Source: Vulcanimicrobiaceae bacterium (lineage in GTDB: Bacteria > Vulcanimicrobiota > Vulcanimicrobiia > Vulcanimicrobiales > Vulcanimicrobiaceae). From it: a stretch of 41,946 bases of DNA. Where the stretch lies: NCBI GenBank assembly GCA_049964475.1, contig JBMFXH010000001.1, forward strand, positions 1 to 41,946, given 5' to 3'. Below, piece by piece: positions 36,075-41,946 of this stretch; the stretch's first letter is position 1, and every line of letters begins with the position of its first letter. Under the pieces are notes generated by a model. That model was not told the origin of the DNA. It made no database searches and saw only the letters and a list, made by a program, of their open reading frames with translations. Both the position numbers and the translations under genes were made by a program.

Positions 36075-37897
36075 GAGCGCGCACCTCCTACGTGGGCGAG
36101 TTCTCTTCGCGATTCCAAAAGCGGCTCGACGATCGCCGACGCGTCGATCGGCACCCCGTCGTAGTGTCGAATCGAGCGAAGGCGAGCAATCTGGTCGGGG
36201 CGCAGCTCGTTGCGAAGGATTCCGAATAATTGGCCATCGCGATTCTGGTCGACGACGTACACGTATTCGTGGCGATCGACAAAGGCGCCGATCTCGGCTG
36301 CGAGCGGCAACGCACGCACGCGGAGATAATCGGTCTCGAAGCCCTCTGCGTGCAGCAAATCTCGCGCCTCGACGACGGCATGATGGGTCGAGCCGTAGGC
36401 GAGAATGCCGACGACAGTCCCCACGTCCTCGCATTGAGGTTGAGGAACCAACGTGCGCGCCGTATCGTGCTTGCGCGCGAGCCGGTTGAGATTGCGCAGC
36501 CATACCTCGGGGTTTTCGGAGTATTTTGCCTCTTCGTCGTGCCCCGTGCCGCGCGTAAAATATCCGGCGGCCGGATGATCGGTCCCCGGAATCGTCCGAT
36601 AGGGAATGCCGTCGCCGTCGATATCGCGATAGCGCCCCCAATCGGGCTGCGCCTGGAGATCCTCGGCGCGCAGCACTTTGCCGCGATCGAACGGTTTTTC
36701 CGGAAACGCGAACGGTTTGGTCAGCCACGAATTCATTCCGAGATCGAGATCGGAGAGAACGAAGACCGGACATTGCAGACGTTCGGCGAGATCGAGTGCG
36801 GCCATACCATCTTCGTAGAGTTCTTCAACCGTGCCGGGTAACAGCACGGGGTGCTTCGTATCGCCGTGCCCCAGCGTATACACGAAACTGAGATCGCCTT
36901 GCATCGTACGCGTCGGAAGGCCGGTTGACGGCCCGACGCGCTGCACGTCGAAGATCACCGCCGGAATTTCGGCGAAGGAAGCGTAGCCGACGTATTCGGC
37001 CATCAGCGAGATACCCGGACCCGACGTCGCCGTCATCGCCCGTGCACCGGCCCAGCCCGCGCCGATGACCATCCCGATCGCCGCGAGTTCGTCCTCGGCC
37101 TGAACGATGGCGTACTTTCGCTCGCCCGTCGCCGGATCGACCCGATATTTTTCGCAGAGGGCGATAAACGATTCGCAGAGCGAGGATGCCGGCGTGATGG
37201 GATACCAGGCGCTGACGGTACAGCCCCCCATAACGCAGCCCAGCGCAGCGGCACGATTTCCGTCGATAAAAAACAGATCGTCGGTCGCTCCGGTCATCGG
37301 TTCGAGAACGACGTTTTCCAGCGCCGGCAAATGTTCGCGCGCGTATGCGGCGCCGATGCGAACCGCTTCGAGGTTCGCCGCAGCCGCCTTTGGCTTACTC
37401 TTGAATTGCGCGCCGATTGCCGCCTCGATGATCGATTCGGGAATACGCAAGAGTTCGGCGAGGACGCCGACGTAAATCATGTTCGTGAGGTACTTGCGCA
37501 TCGCGCCGTCTTTTACGTGCGCTTTTGCCAACTCGGTAAAGGGGACGGGGTAGTACGCAATATCATCGCGCTGCGTGATACCCGAGACGTTGTAGGTGCT
37601 CTCGTGGACGATCGCGCCGCCGGGGCGAACGCTGGCGACATCTTGCACCCACGTCGCGGCATTGAGTGCGACGAGCACGTCGATCGTTCCGGTGCGACAC
37701 CGATAACCGCGCGATGTCGCACGAATATCGTACCAGGTTGGAAGCCCCTCGATATTCGAAGGGAAGACGTTCTTCGGCGCTACAGGAACGCCGAGCCGAA
37801 AGATCGCATTCGTCAGCACCAAGTTGGAGGACTGACTCCCGGAGCCGTTCACCGTAGCGACCCGGATCGTAAAATCGTTGACCGCCGCATTGCCCAT
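36071..37897 (-). CDS. korA: 2-oxoacid:ferredoxin oxidoreductase alpha subunit
   Basis: The N-terminus VATVNGSGSQSSN...FPSNIEGLPTWY and PITPAS are typical of the KorA/OorA type. Confidence 0.9.
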   Translation of the reverse strand: MGNAAVNDFTIRVATVNGSGSQSSNLVLTNAIFRLGVPVAPKNVFPSNIEGLPTWYDIRATSRGYRCRTGTIDVLVALNAATWVQDVASVRPGGAIVHESTYNVSGITQRDDIAYYPVPFTELAKAHVKDGAMRKYLTNMIYVGVLAELLRIPESIIEAAIGAQFKSKPKAAAANLEAVRIGAAYAREHLPALENVVLEPMTGATDDLFFIDGNRAAALGCVMGGCTVSAWYPITPASSLCESFIALCEKYRVDPATGERKYAIVQAEDELAAIGMVIGAGWAGARAMTATSGPGISLMAEYVGYASFAEIPAVIFDVQRVGPSTGLPTRTMQGDLSFVYTLGHGDTKHPVLLPGTVEELYEDGMAALDLAERLQCPVFVLSDLDLGMNSWLTKPFAFPEKPFDRGKVLRAEDLQAQPDWGRYRDIDGDGIPYRTIPGTDHPAAGYFTRGTGHDEEAKYSENPEVWLRNLNRLARKHDTARTLVPQPQCEDVGTVVGILAYGSTHHAVVEARDLLHAEGFETDYLRVRALPLAAEIGAFVDRHEYVYVVDQNRDGQLFGILRNELRPDQIARLRSIRHYDGVPIDASAIVEPLLESRRELAHVGGARS

Positions 37898-38008
37898 AGC
37901 TGAAGATGTTTGCGTGCCCCGGCGTGACTCCTACCTGCGGAGCAAGTTACGGAACGTTCGCTAGCGTTGGACCGAAGCGCCTCGACCAGCCGGCGACGAC
38001 TCGGAGCT

Positions 38009-40189
38009 TTAGACGCGAGCCGCGGTCAACCAGCGGTAGAAATCGTCAGCGCGCATCGGCCGCGCGAGAAAATATCCTTGGACATAGCGACATCCGTAGA
38101 AGCGCAATCGCTCCAATTGTGCTTCGTTTTCAATGCCCTCGGCGAGCGGCCGCAGGCGAAGCTCCTGTGCGATCTTCAGAACCGCTTGCACGACGCCGCT
38201 GGCTTTGTCGTCGATCTCGCAGCGCGCGACGAACTGCTGGTCGATCTTCATAACGTCGACCGGAACTTCGCGCAGGCGAGCGAGCGAAGAATGTCCGGTG
38301 CCGAAATCGTCGATCGCGGTCATCGTTCCGAGATTGCGGAGCGCTCGTACGGCGCGCTCGATGTCGTTCGTATCCTCGGCGATGACCCGCTCGACGATCT
38401 CGAGCACGAAGCGCGATGGCGAGAGCCCGTGTTCGTCGAGCAACGTCTTGAGGTGCTCGGGCAGCTGCGGATCGAGTGCTTGGCGCGGAAAAAGATTGAT
38501 CCACACTTGCAGATCGATATCGGCGTCGAGCCATTCGCGCGCCTGTCGCGCCGCCTCACCGAGCACCCACAGACCGACGCGTTCGGCGAGCGTCATGTTT
38601 TCGAGAAATTCGAGGAACGCTGCGGGCTCTAAAAAGCCTAGCCGCGGGTGATTCCAACGCAGCAACGCCTCGACACCCGTGCAGCGCAAGTTTTCGCCGA
38701 TAAATTCAAATATCGGTTGATAAAAGAGAACGAACTCGCGATTGCGGACGGCGGCATGCAGCTCCGTTGCCAGCGAGAGCGTGCGCTTCTCGTCGGCGAG
38801 ATCGGGTGTGTACAGTACGGCGCGGCCACGCCCGGCCTGCTTCGCCCGGTACATCGCAAGATCGGCATGGCGAAGTACCTCTTCGTATTCGGAGGCCGCG
38901 TTTGCGATGGCGATCCCGATCGAGACCGAAACGTATAATTCGTGCTCTTCCACCGCGAGCGGTTCTTCGAAGATCTCCGTTATACGTCGGCCGAGCAGCT
39001 CGGCGTTCTCGGAGCTTCCGCGTGCGACGATGGCAAATTCGTCGGCGCTAACGTGGGCAACGAACTCCGCATCGGTAAAATCGGCGCAACGTTCCGCAAT
39101 TCGTTTGAGCAGCTCGTCGCCGGCCGCTCGCGTGAGCCCCTCGTTCGTAAGTTTCATGTGGTCGATATCGATCAGCGCGAGTAAGAGCGCGCCTTCGCTA
39201 CGCCCGAGCCAGCGTTCGAGGCCGCGCCGGTTCGGCAACCCGCTGAGCGAATTCGTAAATGCGAGCGCCCGCGTCTGCCGCTCGGCCCGCGCACGTTGAT
39301 CGACCAGCGCACCGACGGAGAGCGATGAAATCGCGGAGATGACGATGAACGTCTGGAGATCGATGGGGTGAACCGAGGTCGTGGGAAAGATAAAATTCAA
39401 CACGCTGGTTAGCGCATCGGTAACGAAAATACCGGGAATCGCGAGACGCAACCCGCCGCGCGCCGCCATCCACATCAGCGGGAGAAAAACGAAATATCGA
39501 AGCGGGTCGCCGCTGACACCGGTGAGTACCGCTGCATACCCAAGAAACGTCGCGCCGACGACCGTTGCGTAGAGCAGGACGCGCTCGCGAAGCTGAACGT
39601 CGAAGACCGGCGGACGGCTTTCCTCGGGTTCGGGCACGAAGCGCGGGGTGAGGTAGGCCGCGAGAATCGGTACGAGCACCAGCAGCCCGAGCGTATCGCC
39701 GACCCAAAAGCTGACGACTTCGCGAAGATAATGCTGCCATCCGCCGCCGAAGATCGAAACCGCAATCGCGCCGGGAAGCAACGCGAGAATTAACGGCGCA
39801 ACGATTGCGACGCCGCAGAAATTTGCGGCATCCTGGAAGGTTTCAAAGGGCAGCCGAACGACGAGCACGCGTTTGAGTATCACGACGACAATCGAGTAGC
39901 CGATTGCGGCGATTACCCCGAATTCGAGATAGGTGATAAACGGTAGATGCGCCGTTGCGGGGAAGAGTAACGGACGTGCGATCTCGGCGATGACCGCCAA
40001 AGGCGCGTAGCCGTACCCGAAGGTGTAGATGAGATAGAAGGTCAGCGCCGCTCCGAGATACCATGGGTAAAACGTACCGTGCGCCCCGTTATAAAACGAG
40101 CCGAGAAGATCGCTTCCTACCCACGCAGCGAGATAGAGTGCCGCGACGGCAACGCTTTGCACCGGAGACAACCTGGGCCTGCGCTCCAT
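38009..40189 (-). CDS. multi-pass membrane sensor + degenerate GGDEF + EAL c-di-GMP phosphodiesterase
   Basis: About 8-9 N-terminal TM helices. The GGDEF domain has SADEF at the active site. The EAL domain is intact (EALLRW, EIVE, DDFGTGHSSL, KIDQQF, EGIE, QGYF). Start trimmed to ATG 40189, with GAGGGA upstream. Confidence 0.85.
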   Translation of the reverse strand: MERRPRLSPVQSVAVAALYLAAWVGSDLLGSFYNGAHGTFYPWYLGAALTFYLIYTFGYGYAPLAVIAEIARPLLFPATAHLPFITYLEFGVIAAIGYSIVVVILKRVLVVRLPFETFQDAANFCGVAIVAPLILALLPGAIAVSIFGGGWQHYLREVVSFWVGDTLGLLVLVPILAAYLTPRFVPEPEESRPPVFDVQLRERVLLYATVVGATFLGYAAVLTGVSGDPLRYFVFLPLMWMAARGGLRLAIPGIFVTDALTSVLNFIFPTTSVHPIDLQTFIVISAISSLSVGALVDQRARAERQTRALAFTNSLSGLPNRRGLERWLGRSEGALLLALIDIDHMKLTNEGLTRAAGDELLKRIAERCADFTDAEFVAHVSADEFAIVARGSSENAELLGRRITEIFEEPLAVEEHELYVSVSIGIAIANAASEYEEVLRHADLAMYRAKQAGRGRAVLYTPDLADEKRTLSLATELHAAVRNREFVLFYQPIFEFIGENLRCTGVEALLRWNHPRLGFLEPAAFLEFLENMTLAERVGLWVLGEAARQAREWLDADIDLQVWINLFPRQALDPQLPEHLKTLLDEHGLSPSRFVLEIVERVIAEDTNDIERAVRALRNLGTMTAIDDFGTGHSSLARLREVPVDVMKIDQQFVARCEIDDKASGVVQAVLKIAQELRLRPLAEGIENEAQLERLRFYGCRYVQGYFLARPMRADDFYRWLTAARV

Positions 40190-40404
40190 CGCTCCCTCGC
40201 TCTCGTGTGGAAAGCAGCCTACGCCGCAGATGCTTGCACGACCTTCCCGCGCACGAGCCGCACGTATGTGCAAATCGCCACTACCGCGTTCACGCCGAGC
40301 AGCTGCCCCCTCGACTCGCTCCGCTCGCTCGGGGCAGGCTCCGCAGCGTATCGAGGTGCCCGCCGTACGAGCCCTCGATACGCTCCCTGCGGGGAGCTAC
40401 TCGG

Positions 40405-40514
40405 GCTGACATTGCGGGACGTTGCGCGATGCAGGCTGACATTGCGGGACGTTGCGCGATGCAGGCGGACGTTGCGCGATGCAGGCTGACATTGCGGGAC
40501 GTTGCGCGATGCAG
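40405..40514. repeat. intergenic tandem repeat of three 30-bp units and one 20-bp unit
   Basis: gctgacattgcgggacgttgcgcgatgcag occurs at 40405, 40435 and 40485. A unit shortened by 10 nt occurs at 40465. The units are otherwise identical. Confidence 0.95.
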
Positions 40515-40520
40515 GCGCAC

Positions 40521-40556
40521 AACGAAAGGCCTCGGGAGCAAACGCTTCCGAGGCCT
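40521..40556 (-). terminator. putative groEL terminator
   Basis: On the minus strand: aggcctcgg-aagcgtttgctc-ccgaggcct followed by ttcgttgtg. A second 7-bp hairpin (attccgc/gcggaat, 40562-40581) abuts the stop codon. Confidence 0.5.
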
Positions 40557-40580
40557 CATGCATTCCGCTGCGATGCGGAA

Positions 40581-41946
40581 TTACATCATGTCGTAGCCGC
40601 CCATGCCGCCGCCGGGCATTCCGCCGCCGGCGCCATCTTTTTTGGGCTCCGGCTTGTCGGCGATGAGGGTCTCGGTGGTGAGAATCAGCGCACCGATCGA
40701 AGCGGCGTTCTGCAGCGCCGAACGCGTCACTTTGAACGGCTCGACGATCCCCGCTTTGAACATATCGACGATCTCGCCGGTCATCGCATCGAACCCGTGC
40801 GGAGCCTTCTTGCTCTTCACGTTGTTCACTTCAACCGAGCCTTCGAAGCCCGCGTTGAACGCGATCTGACGGAGCGGCTCTTCGAGCGCCTTGCGGATGA
40901 TGTCGATGCCGATCTTCTCATCGGCCCACGTTGCCGCGTGGCCGTTGGTCTTCGGCGCGGTTTCGACGTACTTCTCGATCGCTTTGACCGCATGGACGAG
41001 CGAGCTGCCGCCGCCGGGGATCATGCCTTCTTGCACGGCCGCGCGCGTCGCCGAGAGCGCATCTTCGATGCGATGCTTCTTCTCTTTGAGCTCGGTCTCG
41101 GTCGCCGCACCGACTTGGATCACTGCAACGCCGCCCGACAACTTGGCGAGGCGCTCTTGGAGCTTCTCGCGATCGAAATCGGAGTCGGTATCGGCGATCT
41201 GCTTTTTGATCATCTCGATCCGGCCCTTGATCGCATCGCTCTTGCCGGCGCCGTCGACGATCGTCGTCTCTTCTTTGGTGATCTTGACGCGCTTGGCGCG
41301 ACCGAGCTGATCCGGGGTGACCTTATCGAGCTTGAGGCCGAGCTCTTCGCTGATAACGGTCGCGCCGGTGAGGGTCGCGATATCCTTGAGCATCTCTTTG
41401 CGGCGGTCGCCGAAGCCCGGCGCCTTGACCGCAACGCTGGTGAACGTGCCGCGCAGCTTGTTGACCACCATCGTCGCGAGGGCTTCGCCCTCGACATCTT
41501 CGGCGATGATCATCAGCGGCTTCTGCACCTGAACGACTTTTTCGAGCAACGGAAGAATGTCGGCGATCGCCGTGATCTTGCGCTCGGTGACGAGGATGAA
41601 CGGATCGTCGAGAACCGCTTCCATACGCTCGCTGTCGGTCACCATGTACGGCGAAATGTAGCCCTTATCGAACTGCATGCCGTCTTTGGTCTCGACTTCG
41701 GTCTTCAGCGTCTTGGACTCTTCGACGGTGATAACGCCGTCTTTGCCGACCTTCTCCATCGCGTCGGCGATGAAGTTACCGATCTCTTTGTCATTCGCGG
41801 AGATCGATGCGACCTGCGCGATCTTCTCTTTGGTGTCGACGACCTGCTTGAACGACTCCATCTCCTTGACCGCGACTTCCACGGCCTTCTCGATGCCGCG
41901 CTTGATGAGCAGCGGGTTGCTTCCCGCCGTCACGTTGCGCAGACCT
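40581..41946 (-). CDS. groEL: chaperonin GroEL, partial (N-terminus lies right of the window)
   Basis: ...[16 protein letters not shown]...[13 protein letters not shown]...[15 protein letters not shown]. The frame stays open to the window edge, so the track M at 41933 is an internal GTG (Val). Confidence 0.95.
   Translation of the reverse strand, partial: GLRNVTAGSNPLLIKRGIEKAVEVAVKEMESFKQVVDTKEKIAQVASISANDKEIGNFIADAMEKVGKDGVITVEESKTLKTEVETKDGMQFDKGYISPYMVTDSERMEAVLDDPFILVTERKITAIADILPLLEKVVQVQKPLMIIAEDVEGEALATMVVNKLRGTFTSVAVKAPGFGDRRKEMLKDIATLTGATVISEELGLKLDKVTPDQLGRAKRVKITKEETTIVDGAGKSDAIKGRIEMIKKQIADTDSDFDREKLQERLAKLSGGVAVIQVGAATETELKEKKHRIEDALSATRAAVQEGMIPGGGSSLVHAVKAIEKYVETAPKTNGHAATWADEKIGIDIIRKALEEPLRQIAFNAGFEGSVEVNNVKSKKAPHGFDAMTGEIVDMFKAGIVEPFKVTRSALQNAASIGALILTTETLIADKPEPKKDGAGGGMPGGGMGGYDMM

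Noticed and set aside
36075-36773. 233-aa N-terminal extension of korB (track ORF 35046..36773)
   Set aside because: It lies entirely inside korA in another frame and has Arg/Ser-rich junk composition. The family N-terminus starts at MTASAQTLN..., with ATGA coupling to the korA stop.
40405-40514. CRISPR array
   Set aside because: The repeats are directly abutting with no unique spacers. There are only four units, no cas genes are in the window, and one unit is a 10-nt deletion variant. This is a tandem repeat, not a CRISPR.
40063-40596. ORFs spanning the tandem repeat (40063..40596 +, 40079..40489 +, 40219..40563 -, 40290..40559 -)
   Set aside because: They cross the groEL terminator. The 20-bp unit shifts the repeat-encoded frame, the translations are Arg/Ala-rich, and no SD is present.
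1-41946. Mobile elements, prophage, toxin-antitoxin or defence islands
   Set aside because: I looked for integrase/transposase/recombinase motifs, terminal inverted repeats, tRNA-flanked islands and nuclease/ATPase/reverse-transcriptase-like ORFs, and recognised none. The only compositional anomaly is the 3' part of the PKD gene, which is reported as a finding.

Overview
High-GC, gene-dense bacterial chromosomal window with about 40 protein genes. I found no rRNA, tRNA, CRISPR, transposase/integrase, or recognisable phage or defence genes. Most of the content is core housekeeping. It includes tag with two tandem alpha/beta-hydrolases, rocD with an acyl-CoA synthetase, an M61 peptidase, DegV, and the infC-rpmI-rplT operon with a structured leader. 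It also includes a beta-carbonic anhydrase, an orphan MCP, a Nudix hydrolase, a TrmH-type methyltransferase, pheS-pheT-cvpA, and hsp20-lon behind a CIRCE operator. The rest is ispH, an APC permease, korAB, a GGDEF-EAL protein and the 3' part of groEL. Many ORF-track starts are over-extended, as is usual for high-GC sequence. I trimmed them using Shine-Dalgarno sites, ATGA/GTGA gene overlaps and family N-termini. Two regions are the least ordinary. (1) At 20.8-26.5 kb, a surface-protein operon (lipoprotein beta-propeller plus PKD protein) lies divergent from a 7TM-receptor/PAS protein fused to a SARP-type (winged-helix + BTAD) DNA-binding module, which is followed by a stand-alone SARP paralogue. 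(2) At 40405-40514, a helically phased tandem-repeat array sits between the groEL terminator and the GGDEF-EAL gene. Smaller items not in the ORF track are a partial edge gene, a 33-codon YqzL-like micro-ORF with a strong terminator in front of pheS, a non-canonical ATA start for infC, and the CIRCE element. I did not find a convincing novel multi-gene system of defence or mobile type, so the candidates are offered as hypotheses. All domain calls come from reading motifs by eye; no searches were run.
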